NCBI GenBank assembly: GCA_963693365.1
Contig: CAVNZM010000015.1
Span: 5,588,624 to 5,652,623, forward strand
Source of the DNA: Amoebidium appalachense
Taxonomy: Eukaryota > Protista > Ichthyosporea
Length of the DNA: 64,000 nt
Direction: 5' to 3'
The notes beneath the pieces are model-generated. The model saw only the letters and a list, made by a program, of their open reading frames with translations. It did no database searches and had not been told where the DNA came from. Each line of letters begins with the position of its first letter. Positions within the stretch are counted from its first letter, which is position 1. Shown in pieces: positions 1 to 64,000 of the stretch. The position numbers were made by a program, and so were the translations under genes.

Positions 1-50
1 AGACACAAACATACCTTATAGAAAAGTGCGCACTCACATTGTTTGTGCAG

Positions 51-31530
<31,480 letters not shown>

Positions 31531-31601
31531 TGCATATGCACATATATGCACATATATGCACACCCACGTATGCACACACACATGCACACGTGCATACACG
31601 T

Positions 31602-31651
<50 letters not shown>

Positions 31652-32061
31652 GCACGCACACACACACACTTGCATGAATGCATGCACACACACATGCACG
31701 AACGCATGCACATGGACACCCGCACCCACGCACATGCGCGTACACCCACCGTACCATTTGTGTAGTCAAGACATTTTTGCTGGTCACATGTCGATCGAAA
31801 AGATGAAGACAGCACGTGTGTCAATGAGGTAACTGTTTTACGTCAGCATCCGAAACCTACCAAGTTGAATGAGGGGTGCAAGGGGAGAGTTGTTGATTGG
31901 GTATGTTTATACACAGCTTTACTTACTCTGTTGGGTCCCCCTTCCTCCAAATTGAAATGGCCGTAGGGTTGTACAGTGTTGATGTGGTTGCACATGCGAG
32001 GCCCAGATAGATTCACACAAGACAGCCACATACACGGATGTGCATATAGACACACGAACGT

Positions 32062-32108
<47 letters not shown>

Positions 32109-32375
32109 AACACATACACATGTACATACACACACAAACACACACATGTTCACGTGGTTGTGTGCGTGCACACGAATGAAAATGAAACGTTGTGCCCACT
32201 TTCGTAGATTATGCGGCTGGCCCGCCTCTGATAGCTTTTGCCCAGATAAGAAATTGAAATGGGCAATTGCAAAGCAAGACAGAACGAAGGATTGTTCAAA
32301 TAAAAATGACAACGGGATTTGCATAATTATAACCTCACACAAAACAACTTTATAAGTTCCCCAGCTAGAGGGACG

Positions 32376-32438
<63 letters not shown>

Positions 32439-32704
32439 TTCAGTGTCCATGGGTCATATTCCGAAACTCTCTTTAAAATTTTATTTCCCTTCTCCCTCGA
32501 TCCCCCCGCCCCCCCTTCTTTTCCCCTCGAGTTTCCTATCATTTTATAATTATAATCTTCACTGAGGGACTGGGTGTTCTTGTAATATCCACACCTCTCG
32601 CCCGCATTAGCAGATCGATCAGAGTTGAATATATGATTAGGAAAAGGGCTCAAGCAATTGCACCCCGTACAAAGCTGACATGATCGTCAATGCGAGAGTG
32701 TGTG

Positions 32705-32752
<48 letters not shown>

Positions 32753-32763
32753 CGCGCGCGCGC

Positions 32764-32795
<32 letters not shown>

Positions 32796-33413
32796 GTGTG
32801 CGTGTGTGTTGGCCCACATGTCTACTTCAACCTGCAGGTGTGGAACTGTCCGTTTGCTTGATCTTTATTGAAGACAAAAACCAATTACTAACAATACTAA
32901 AATCAGAAAATACTCGCAACATAGCTGCTATTGACTCCTATGGCCACATGTTATATGGGCACGTATAAGGGATGCAAAACAAACGTGTCCAAACGGTGCA
33001 TGTGAGATCGCATAACGTGTACGCATACGGTACGCTCTACACAACAATCACATGGCAAAAGCGTAAATGCTGCAGCGAACCAGGTCTGACTCATAATCAA
33101 TACACAAACCGATTGATTTCAGGCTCAATATTATGTACGCTCGATATTTGGACAGGCTATAAAAGCAATTACTATATTCGAAACAAAATTCTAACCCTAA
33201 CCCTAGACAATTCAAGAACACCGCGACGACTAAAAACCATATTCAGTCTGGCCACGATACATTCCCCACGTGCACTTGATATTGGTCCACACTGTCCTTT
33301 TTAGCAGCACAAGCACACCGTGTACCTGTGCCTGTGCACGTGCACATGCCTTTGTGCACGTGCACATGCCTTTGTGCACGTGCAACCCATGCACGTGCAT
33401 GCATGCATGCGTG

Positions 33414-39592
<6,179 letters not shown>

Positions 39593-40019
39593 GGTTGCCT
39601 GGTTTCTGGAAGGCGGGAGCCTGGCCTGGGTGTGTAATGTTGGCCGCTGTGGGTGAAGAGGGACGGAGCCGTGCCAGCTGTACATGTGCAGGCCGTGCGT
39701 GCATGTGCAGCAAGCCAGCAACTTGGCAGACACTGACTCTGAGACCGGTCTCGCGGTGGATTGGCTTAGAGTTCCCGCCAATGCACAATAACCGCCAATC
39801 AGATACCGCCAGAGCCCGGATTGCCTAAATATGGGCATATTTACCGTTTGCGCCGCGGCCCCACTGCCGCGCCAGCCAAGCATGAATGATTGATGAGGCA
39901 AAAATCAGCTTGGCGCTTCGTCCGAGGCAAGTCGGCAGGTGCGAGGCTGTGGGGCTGCTCAAAGTTGACTTGTAGCTCCTAGCACCAATATTCCTACTTT
40001 TTTAAGGGTTTTATAAAAT
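39593..40019. promoter_or_regulatory. Probable bidirectional promoter region between TRIC-like and BTB genes
   Basis: About 430 bp between divergent start codons, free of microsatellites, CpG-rich, with CCAAT/ATTGG motifs near 39760-39800. Confidence 0.45.
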
Positions 40020-43813
<3,794 letters not shown>

Positions 43814-44450
43814 TGAGCCATGTTACTGGTGGCCGTTGGTAATGTTACGCGCGCGTGTGTGGATACACATGTGGATGTCTAGCCTAAATCATTTACTTGC
43901 ATACACGTTTGTAGGATATAGGTCTCGGTAACGCTGGTTGCCTAAAGATCTTGCTGTCTGAGATACATAATATATTGTACCATAAAGTATGTAATGATTT
44001 TCTGAGCTGTGATGTAATTTAGAATCTCTGGAGAGCTGAACCAGCTGTAGCTTAAGGGGAACATTAGATGTGTGATGGTGACGATCGGTCTATATTTCAA
44101 TTTAAAAAAAAAATATCTATGAAGACTTTTTTTTGCGTGCCAAAACTTCCCGCCCAAATTTCTATATTTGGCTAATCGTGCGATTGCGCGAAAATTATTG
44201 GACCATGCATATTTTTTACTTTTTTTGATTTTTATAATAACGCGTGCAAACGTAAAAACGCTCGATCGCAAGCACCGCACACATGCATGCACACACACAC
44301 AAGCGCCCATGCGCATGTGTGCACACAGGGCTATGATCACGAGCCAGTCATATCCAATTTGGAGATTACAGTTTGACTGGACAGCTTTGTTTGCCAATTG
44401 GTCACTCATAAATATGATCCATTTTCGACATCTTTAACCTCAACCCCTCC

Positions 44451-44485
<35 letters not shown>

Positions 44486-44546
44486 ACATCGCCTGTCACT
44501 CGAGCGATCACGAGCTATAAAAATTTCTTCCCTGTCATCGGCGGCA

Positions 44547-44578
<32 letters not shown>

Positions 44579-44579
<1 letters not shown>

Positions 44580-44949
44580 ATGCGGAAGACGGTACGAAGT
44601 ACGCATACACAAGGACACATGCAAAGGCAAACATTCAAGTATGCAACATCAGCCATGCGCACAGTATGCGTCATAAGCAGAGCCCATCCTCAGGGAGGGC
44701 CCAAGTCATCAATTGCGTCTGAGTTTCGACCCCTTAGCCCGCGTATATACGACTCTCCAACTCAGACAGCAGCATCAACTGAACTTGGGAGGGTCAACCC
44801 GTCTTGATCAAAGACGAGCAGGGTTGCTTATGCAAGCAAGGTGAGCAAAACGGTGAAGACGTGTGTGCAAACTAATGCCTTGCAGCGGAAAATGCGTATG
44901 TGCTAACAGATGCACGACACAGAGCAACCATGCCCGGTTGCATGGAAGT
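44579..44949 (-). mobile_element. Poly(C)-associated element, subfamily B, with intact hammerhead-like core
   Basis: G tracts on both sides on the + strand. Its 3' part is the reverse complement of 19823-19967 with an internal deletion. Its 5' part shares CAACCCTGCTCGTCTT..AAGACGGGT with 19569-19599. Confidence 0.85.
44679..44767 (-). ncRNA. Putative permuted hammerhead ribozyme
   Basis: Minus strand reads GTCTGAG-TT-GGAG-[hairpin with CGTATATACG]-GGGGTC-GAAA-CTCAGAC...CTCC-CTGAGGA-TG-GGCTCT. Stem I is GGAG/CTCC here versus GGG/CCC in other copies. Confidence 0.62.
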
Positions 44950-44983
<34 letters not shown>

Positions 44984-45664
44984 ACGGGGAGGGGATGGGG
45001 GATGCACGCAAGGCCTAGGAACTTGCCTGTGTTAAAGTTTTAGGATTCGGAGAACATGCATGGAGTGTGGCAGTAAACCTAGAGGGTGGAAAAAATGTGC
45101 GCTAAAAAAGGCAGTCTGCACGTATCATGTGTCTTGCATGCAGGCACGAGGACCATGTATTAAGCTGCATGCACGCGTGTGCATTAATGCAGCTGCCTGC
45201 AACTATTAAATATAGGTGCTAATTTGCAGGTGCAGTCTGGGAACCACCAGCTGACCAGAACAATTAATGTATATTCAACTCCATCTAGGGTTGTTGCTTT
45301 CAAGAGTCCAGAATTTTTTATCGTACATTTGTATTCCTAAGTGCCACGGTCGGCATGATTCTATCCAATACTAACAGTTGCTATCCAAGCAGTCTTACAG
45401 TAGAATTCTCGTTTTTGGTATATCTCGTTGAATATCCGGTGAAGCTATCTCAGCGACTATCTCGTTGTGTCTATGGCAACTGTACTATATATCTATTCTT
45501 AGGCCCGTCTGATGCATCGTTCGAAATAAATCCCTTATAGAAGGAATTTGTCATTCTGAAACAGGTAAACACTATCAACATTCGAGCCCCACATACACCC
45601 AATATGCCCAAAAAAAAAGCATTCGTCTGGACGTTGATACCTTCACTCATCCCCACTACCTCTC

Positions 45665-49791
<4,127 letters not shown>

Positions 49792-50119
49792 GTTGGAAAG
49801 GCCTTAATGGAAACAGTGGCTACACCTGAGACTGGGAAAGGTATGCTCTCGCTCCCTCGTTTCCCAGTAAAGCTTAGGCGTACATTACTATGCGCTATAG
49901 TTAGAATTGGTTGCGCGTCCGTGCATGCTTTACAATTGTAGGCTAAGCCATCGGTCAGTTGGTTGTTTGTGAAAAAAGCATTAGTAGGTCCCGGCCGTAC
50001 GTTTCATTGACTCGGCCTTGGACTGTAGGAGGTCTGATGCTGATGTTAGTGCCGGTAAGTGGCTCAGAAATCACTTAAGTAGCATAAAGTCATAAAATGT
50101 TGCATGCAAGTCAAAGACA

Positions 50120-51430
50120 AATTATATTTGGATCGAAACTTTTCTACTACTAATTAGTGTCATAATGCACGTGACCAGACTGAGTCGAATGCGTGCAGCC
50201 AATCTCAGAGCTGACAAACCGCAATTTTCTGCGATTGGCGGAAGTCCGTATTCTGAACTTTTGATTGATTGGTTTGGAACATCCATTTTAGTATTTGGGC
50301 ATGATCTCACATGACGATTGGTTGTAATCTGCAGGACAACCATAAAAGGCAAATTCCTCGAATAAAGAGGTATGCAGCTTTATTTTTCCATCAATTTCTC
50401 ATTTTCAGATTGAATTTGGGGTCTATCTCTCAGTTTATCATGTATCTAAAGAAAAGTACGTCAAAAAACAATGTTCTGGCTAATCATAAAAAAGCCATAA
50501 AAAATGTTGTGCACCTGAATTTTGCAACTGACACGTCGATTTTCTCTTTTTTCAGATTGATACTTTTTGATAGGGGATGCTTATCTAAAGCTAGACTTAG
50601 AAAAAAAAGTGTGTAAACCCTTAGAAATAAATAGATAAAAACAGAAATTTTGCTAGATAAACGGGGGGCCCTCACGAACAGTCTCCGCATACCCAACTCA
50701 TGTGGGTTCCAGACTTCCAGTTCTGCTTTTCAATCCTTTTTAATGGGGTTTGGCAGACTGACTCCTTGCAAACTGGGCTACCAGCACTTTTGTTCTTTTT
50801 TTAGAGTCTTGCGCATTAATTCACAAAAATTAAGCAGTTTAAGCAGTTGTTAATTTCCTGCACCACAATATATGCTTGGAGATCGTCATCTGTACCATCA
50901 TGACATGTTCTGAGCAGTTATGCAATTTTGACTAAAGGGTATCTATCGGTTGCTAGGGACTCGTATAGAGCCTAGCGGGGCAAACCCGAGTAAAATAAAA
51001 AAAATGCCAGGCCGCAGTGAAAGTCGGGTGAGACTCATATACCATTGTTAGAGCGAGGGAGTAATGGGACATACACGATGGCATACGGTAAGAAGCTTGC
51101 ATCAACTGGGTTGTGTACAATACTAGTATGCTTCATGAAGATTCTGCAGTCTGCAGCAGTATCATGTACTACACACCCGACGATCATTGACTGAAGATTC
51201 CAGACTGGTGGCTATGTTAGTGCATGACTCTTAGCGAAAATGCGTGTCGTGGTGAAAATCTTGGGCGGAGACGTCCATCTTTGTTCTATGTGAAACCAAT
51301 CAATACATTTCGCGTGGATACCCAAAGAACCGCAAAAGTCGTGCAATTTTTGAGCGGCAAAGCACCCAAGAACAGCTCGTGGCCTCTATTGGATGACACA
51401 CCTGGCCATGAAATCAGCTATTGATTCAGT
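50120..51430 (-). mobile_element. Possible heavily decayed non-LTR reverse transcriptase remnant
   Basis: Repeat-free block. Broken minus-strand frames show, in RT order, NRG.EL, Q.F, NL.EAY, GLP..GS, GTDDDL, KRTKVLV, FIYL and EYGLPPI..AARIRL. All are weak matches. Confidence 0.3.
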
Positions 51431-53354
51431 CCTATGAAATTGCACCTTAATAAGGGTGTATATTAGCTTTGTTATGCATGCACATATATGGCCGTGTGAT
51501 TATACAATTCAGTTTTTATAATTTGGAGTTTTTTTTAAGTCTTTTGAATAAGCTTTAAAGATATTGAGCACAGCACCTAAATTTAAAACACAGAGCGTGT
51601 AACGCGTGATGACGCTTTTGACTCAAAGAGGCTTTCCACATTTGATTTGCTGTGCATCACGCCTGCTGCAGGTGTGAGCAGGGGTAGATGGACGATATAT
51701 AAAGAGCGACAACAAGCCCCGTATCATGCAAACAGCAGCAAAGCGTTGAAGTTTTGATGACTGTCGACACGCCACATGGCGCACCACGTTGCATAAATGT
51801 GCCTCGTGGTTAATCTACATTCACCTGATTATATGTCTGAATAGCTGTATTTTTTGTTTAAGTTAGTATATTCATATCTAGCTCATTTGGCTTTGTACCT
51901 TTTATTTGCACTCTTATTCTCTTATAAATCCTTCCTACGTACTCAGGCACGCGATTGCCCCAACCAACACGTGCCAAACTGCTCGCGATCACCAAAGCAT
52001 TCGAGTCGTGATCTGGTGAGGTCCGGTAAACACACTGACTCTTTTTGTGCAAGTTGCACCCTCTCGCGGCTGTTTCGCTCAAACACATACTTTTTCTAAA
52101 GGCACTTGTACGACATACGTTCGTATTAGCGTAGTGGGTGCACAACCTCCTTGTGTGGAAATTTGCTTAGTTTGGCACTAGCAAGTTTTGTAGTGCATAA
52201 AATTTTAGTTTCCTACCCGGGCCACCGAGGACCGTGGGATGAACTTCAAGGCCTTCTAAAGAGCACGATTTATATTTAACTGGGTGTACCGTGCCCAGCA
52301 GAGAAATAACTTCCTGTATTTGTTTTTCTACTGAATAATGACCAAATTTTGAACCAACAAATTTAGAATATTATAACGAGGAAAACGTACAAACAGACAC
52401 CCCAGCAGACGTAGACACACCCAACATACATCCCATTTGCAACTCCTCATAATCTAGTGCATGTGTATACATGAGGATACACATATTTCAATTACTCTGT
52501 GGCCTTAGTGCCATGTATAACGCAGAGAACTAAAACTTTACGAATGTGCACCTAAAAACAACGTGCAAAACAACCGAGTTAGTCAAACGTTACACAAATC
52601 CTGACTTGCCGGAAGGCGACGCCCGGGGCGCCGTTGAATGGACGGCAGTTCTGCGGGCCACACACATTATCATGGCCTCTTCTTTGCAGGTGGGTGGCTG
52701 CACCTGTGCGCATTATATTCCCTAAATCCTGCATCCTGCACGTGTGTGCATGATGTTTCCTAAATGGTGTTGTGTTGTCCTCCCCGTTGTGCTTCTGTTG
52801 TTTCTCCATTCAGCCTTCGTTCGGCAATTGTGTTCCGCCTTATTTGTGCCCCATGTGTCTCTGCGGCCTGGCACATTTCATCTCCTCATTGCTTTGTCCG
52901 ATTGATTTGGTAGTGTTGCAGGTACATCACCTTGATGTGTGTGCATGTCTCTTTATTGCATATGAGCCCTTTTTGGACTTCTGGTATTGTTTTCCTACTG
53001 GTGTGAATGGGTGCGAGTATGCATGTTCTCTTCTGAGTTGTGCCCGCATCTAGGCAAGTGGTCATGTACAGCGCCATAATGTGCTGGATGTGCTGCGTAA
53101 GTGAACGCATACAGGCGCGCACGCCCATTGCACGTTCAAGTGTATTTGTGCATCACTGAACGTCCATGCATGTGTGTGCATATGTGATACCGCGGGTAGG
53201 TTTGGGAGTGATACAAACATTGGTGATAAATGTCATATGTTCTACCCCTGTGTTGGCCATCACACTGCGTGTGTACGGTACCCACACCTCCAGCTATACA
53301 TAGTATGCATGTGGTGCGCATAGCAACTGACACCCAAATATATCAGGTGGCAGC

Positions 53355-54593
53355 ATGGAGGTGGACAGTGAAAGTGACGACAGCAGGCCGCCACCCCTTG
53401 CCTATCCCCGCCCTCGGGCAGAGAACGAGTGGATCTTCAAGAGCGAAAATGCCCTGCAGGCAAGCCTGCACATGCACTCCCGCCTGCCAAACCCCCTTGA
53501 TGTTGGGGGGGGCACGGCGGGGGGAGGGGGGTCCAAGACCGTGCATTTTGGCCCGAAGACGGAGCCTGTGCCTGCATGCGAGAAGGAGGGAGAGGGCTTT
53601 GCGTCTCCGGACAGCCACGGTGGTGAGGGGGAGGGGGAGGACGGGGACGGGCGCAAAGGTCGCAGCCGGAAGAATTCACGGGAGTTCAAACGGGACAAGC
53701 CGTGCACACATGCCGGGTGTGGGCGCAGCTACAGCACGGAGAATTCATTACGCAACCACATCCGCATCAAGCACGCATTTAGGCCCCGTCCACGCACTAA
53801 GAGCGCAGGTGGGGAGGCGCCCATAGCCCCCCTGCCTCCCCCCACACCCCGGGTGGCCTACAGTCCCATGGTCCGGGCCGCCAGCTGTCCGGCGCTACCC
53901 GCAATGGCTATCGACCCGATTGGCCCGACCCGAAACCCCTTTGCCTCCGCTGGCCCTCCCCTACCCGCCCTTCCGGCACCCACCTCCCACCCCATGCCCA
54001 CCGCTACTCCCACGACCTTTGTGCGCACACCCACAGTCACCACACAGCCCTACCAACTACCTACCACCAGTACTAGTGTTGATTTCGGGTCGGCCGGTAT
54101 TGGAGAACCTAATCGGGTCGGGCCGGTCTACGCGCTCGTTAAGAACCCTCGGGCGCTTGGCCCGGGTGTGCCTATGCTTGTAGGTGACCCGCAGGCGCTT
54201 GAGGGGGGGCACGTGGCACACAGGCGGGCACAGGCACACCTGCAGCAGCTAAGTGCCCTGCAGGACCAGATCGAAGATGCCCCCCACCAGCAACAACACG
54301 TGGCCCAGATGCACGTGCACCGCCCCCCACACGTGCCCGTGCGCCGCCCCTCCGCCCCAACACCCGGAGCCATGTCGGCACCTAATTCGCAAAACTCCAC
54401 GCCACCCTTTCCGGTTAATGTGGTTGGGACCGGTTCGAATCCGCTACCCGCGGGCCAGGGTATCCGGCCCGATGGGCTTCTGGGGTTGGATGACGTCATG
54501 GGGCTGATGGCCGGAGACATAAATATGGACGAGGCGGTGAGCCACATACTGGACGAGTTAAAGCACTTGGTGGGGGACGGCAAGCCAACGTGA
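53355..54593 (+). CDS. C2H2 zinc-finger protein, probable transcription factor, Pro-rich C-terminal region
   Basis: 412-aa non-repetitive ORF with CTHAGCGRSYSTENSLRNHIRIKH (C-x4-C-x12-H-x4-H). An AG acceptor 9 nt upstream of the ATG suggests an upstream exon. Confidence 0.85.
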   Translation: MEVDSESDDSRPPPLAYPRPRAENEWIFKSENALQASLHMHSRLPNPLDVGGGTAGGGGSKTVHFGPKTEPVPACEKEGEGFASPDSHGGEGEGEDGDGRKGRSRKNSREFKRDKPCTHAGCGRSYSTENSLRNHIRIKHAFRPRPRTKSAGGEAPIAPLPPPTPRVAYSPMVRAASCPALPAMAIDPIGPTRNPFASAGPPLPALPAPTSHPMPTATPTTFVRTPTVTTQPYQLPTTSTSVDFGSAGIGEPNRVGPVYALVKNPRALGPGVPMLVGDPQALEGGHVAHRRAQAHLQQLSALQDQIEDAPHQQQHVAQMHVHRPPHVPVRRPSAPTPGAMSAPNSQNSTPPFPVNVVGTGSNPLPAGQGIRPDGLLGLDDVMGLMAGDINMDEAVSHILDELKHLVGDGKPT

Positions 54594-54879
54594 GATTCTA
54601 TATATAGCATGGTTGTTAAAGAAAACGAATGTTGATTGATTTTAAGTTTACTTCTTTGCACATATGGTATAGTTAAAGCGGGTTGCAGGCCAACCGAGAT
54701 GAAGCGTTTTTAAAGATTTAGCGCACTGATGCCAGCATGTACAGGCGTGTAGACAGATTAGCTCTCCCTATGGGGGCGGAACATGCACAGAAAATGATGA
54801 GCACGGTGCCTTTACGTGCACAGAATTCTAATGTGTAAAAACGGGTGCTAGCTGCAGAATATACATAATTATTTAAACA

Positions 54880-55290
54880 CGTGAATACGACGTAGTGTAC
54901 ATACACAGTACACACACAAAACATGAATATGTGAATACGAGTACTGTGTACATACATAATACACACACAATACATGAATATGTGAATACGAGCACTGTGT
55001 GCATACATAATACACACACAAAACATGAATATGTGAATACGAGCACTGTGTACATACATAATACACACACAAAACATGAATATGTGAATACGAGCACTGT
55101 GTGCATACATAATACACACACAAAACATGAATATGTGAATACGAGCACTGTGTGCATACATAATACACACACAAAACATGAATATGTGAATACGAGCACT
55201 GTGTGCATACATAATACACACACACAACATGAATATGTGAATACGAGCACTGTGTGCATACATGAGAAACACGCAAAAAACATGAATATG
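54880..55290. repeat. Minisatellite, 51-bp unit, about 7-8 copies
   Basis: Tandem acacacacaaaacatgaatatgtgaatacgagcactgtgtgcatacataat. Confidence 0.95.
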
Positions 55291-55925
55291 TGGCTACCGA
55301 GCTGGGTGCATATCACACACTGGCACAGATGACCAAATATAGTATCACGATCATAACGAACACCTAAGATCATTCCCAATCACTTGCCCTCTATATGCAT
55401 GGCCACGTTTCCTTCCCTCCTCCCCTCCCTTCTTAATCCCCCCCCCCCCCCCCCCCCTCCTCCCCCCCCCGCCCCGGCGCCCGCCCGCCCACCCGTCCCC
55501 CACTCCACGCGCCTTCATGTGTGACAGTTACAGGAAGGCCATAAAAATTACATCCCGTTAACTTTTTCAAAGTCTTCCGCGTGTGCACACATGTTCTCTA
55601 TTTCGACTCTAAATTCACTTTCTAAAGCTTTGACCCCGCCGGTGGAATGCGTAGCGAGTTCCGGGCAAGGCCTTGTGTTTTATGAGGTGAATGAATGGCT
55701 TTTTCATAATGCACCACATAGTATGTGCATACCGACATAGGCAATATGCGGCCCCATGCATATGAACATTTGGTAAACGCATATCTAATTATCAGTCAGT
55801 CTGAGCCGCAGCACGTATAAGTAGCCTCTGAACGAGGAATTCGAAAGGTGCTCGAAAACAGTATTCTTACCTCCCAGCACAGTGACTCAGACAGGGAAAC
55901 TGCACCGAACTGAGAGGGGGTGTGT

Positions 55926-55956
<31 letters not shown>

Positions 55957-56028
55957 GATAGAGAGCGAAATGCAGGTCGGGGCCACCGGATATCGATGGT
56001 GGTGGTGTACGTATGTGCCACGGTGTGT

Positions 56029-56059
<31 letters not shown>

Positions 56060-57345
56060 GGGGAGGGGGGGGGGATAAGGGGAATCACGGTAAGACAGAA
56101 AAAAAGGGATTCAGAATGTGGGCGCCCACATGCGCGCGCATAATTTTGTACCCGGGATTACCATATATTTGATATCCTGAGGCCGCAGTCTGTGAGTTTT
56201 TGTGAGCGTGTTTGTCTGCATGTGCATGCGTGGTTACTGTAGATAGTCGAGAAAGTAAGTGGTCATGAGCAACCAGTGATCATATTGCGGTCTCGGATAT
56301 ATGAGCTAGTAGGGGCGGAGAGAGGGAGGCCTCCTCCTCCTGGGGCTCAAGGACAACACACCCACCCAGCATGCATGACCGGCGCCAGCCATTTCTTGTC
56401 GACCCAAGCCTCCAAACCCGCCCAACTGGCTTTCATTAGTCGCCTCAGCTCATACACAGCACACCGTAGGCTAACCGTTGAGCCCCCCCCCCCCCCCCCT
56501 CCCCCCCCCCCCCTCCCCCGGGCCTCCCTTCAACCCCCCACAGGGCCTCTAGCTTCCCCCCGGCTCTTATGGGTTGTACTCAAGGGAGGTGCTATCGAGA
56601 AGACCGTCACTTCCAGTTCAAACTGTGGCCTGCATATATACCCCGGGCGTGCAAGTTTGAACACCAAAACTGTACCATTTATGTCGAAAACGAAGGGGGT
56701 TATGGAGTGCCGGATATTTGGGGCTCAAGCCCTATTTGGATTTATTGCCATATATGGCTCCAGTTACTGTTTGACCATTGGTGGCATAGGGGGCCACTGC
56801 ACATGGACCCCATCTACGAACTTATATCTGTACATGTTGCATCCAAGTACTACTATTAACTACTACAAAACATTCGTCTTATATGAGTGCATCCTATACA
56901 TATATTACACTCTTCCACCTTCTAACATTAGAGAGTAATGACACTACATAAGGGAAATACACTTGGTCCAAGTCCGCATTTTACCGCGTGATTTCCATTT
57001 TTGTCCATCAGCATAGATCACGATAAGATCGCTTGGCTTTCTCTATCTATGGTTATCTCCATTTTTAGACATTGCCACACACACACACACACACACACAG
57101 AAATATATAGCCCTTGATATCACATGTACCTGCATGCCTTCACTAAAAGTTCAACTTCGAATAAAAACATACCATCTCATTCATGCCTTAAATTCTAAAC
57201 CACAATGCCACCGCTGCCTCCATGGAACCTACTAGAACCATCAACACTCACAACACAACCCTTAGAGCACACTTCAAACACTTTACGTGAACACATTCAC
57301 GTGCGCAGATGTGCACGTGCATCCGTGTGTTCTCTTTTCATCCAA

Positions 57346-63771
<6,426 letters not shown>

Positions 63772-64000
63772 CTGCAGTGGAGGTGTCAGAAAATAAAAAA
63801 CAAACACAACACTGGCAATAACAAACAATAAACACAGCACTGGCAATAAGAACATAGGTGCACGAGTCGACATCACCAAAGAATGGTGGCCTAGAAAGAA
63901 CTACAGAGGGACAGAAACACAATGAATCAGTGAATCGCCACCTTGCTGAGTGCAGACATCAAAGCAGCCCCCCCCCCCCCCCCCTCCCCCCCCCTTCTTT

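Noticed and set aside
33191-33206. Telomere-like ctaaccctaaccctag
   Set aside because: Fewer than three units; too short to call an interstitial telomere or element end.
43942-44437. Possible TTAA-type DNA transposon (ctaaagat ... atctttaa) around an AT-rich block
   Set aside because: The inverted match is only about 7 nt and the left TTAA is imperfect.

Overview
Eukaryotic, very intron-rich genomic DNA whose introns are full of (CA)n/(GT)n, (GA)n/(CT)n and C/G homopolymer tracts. The gene content and style fit a unicellular opisthokont (inference). Almost all ORFs in the supplied track are repeat artefacts. Genes I could reconstruct from splice sites and motifs: a 5'-truncated MOT1/BTAF1 SNF2 ATPase (40 exons, 51-31530 +) with an intronic tRNA-Phe(GAA); a TRIC/TMEM38-like channel (-); a divergent coiled-coil/BTB/beta-propeller gene with disrupted frames (+); an NKAPD1-like gene with a probable GC-AG intron (-); a single-exon C2H2 zinc-finger CDS (+); and an unidentified multi-exon gene (-). 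The most striking signal is a dispersed family of about 16 short, mostly 5'-truncated non-coding elements that end at poly(C) tracts. The longer copies carry all three strands of a hammerhead ribozyme core (GUU site, GAAA, CUGANGA) with covarying stems, but in a non-cyclic strand order that matches none of hammerhead types I, II or III. They also have a conserved palindromic linker. This suggests a permuted, dimer- or tandem-dependent hammerhead on a poly(C)-targeting retroelement. Ribozyme activity and mobility are inferred, not shown.
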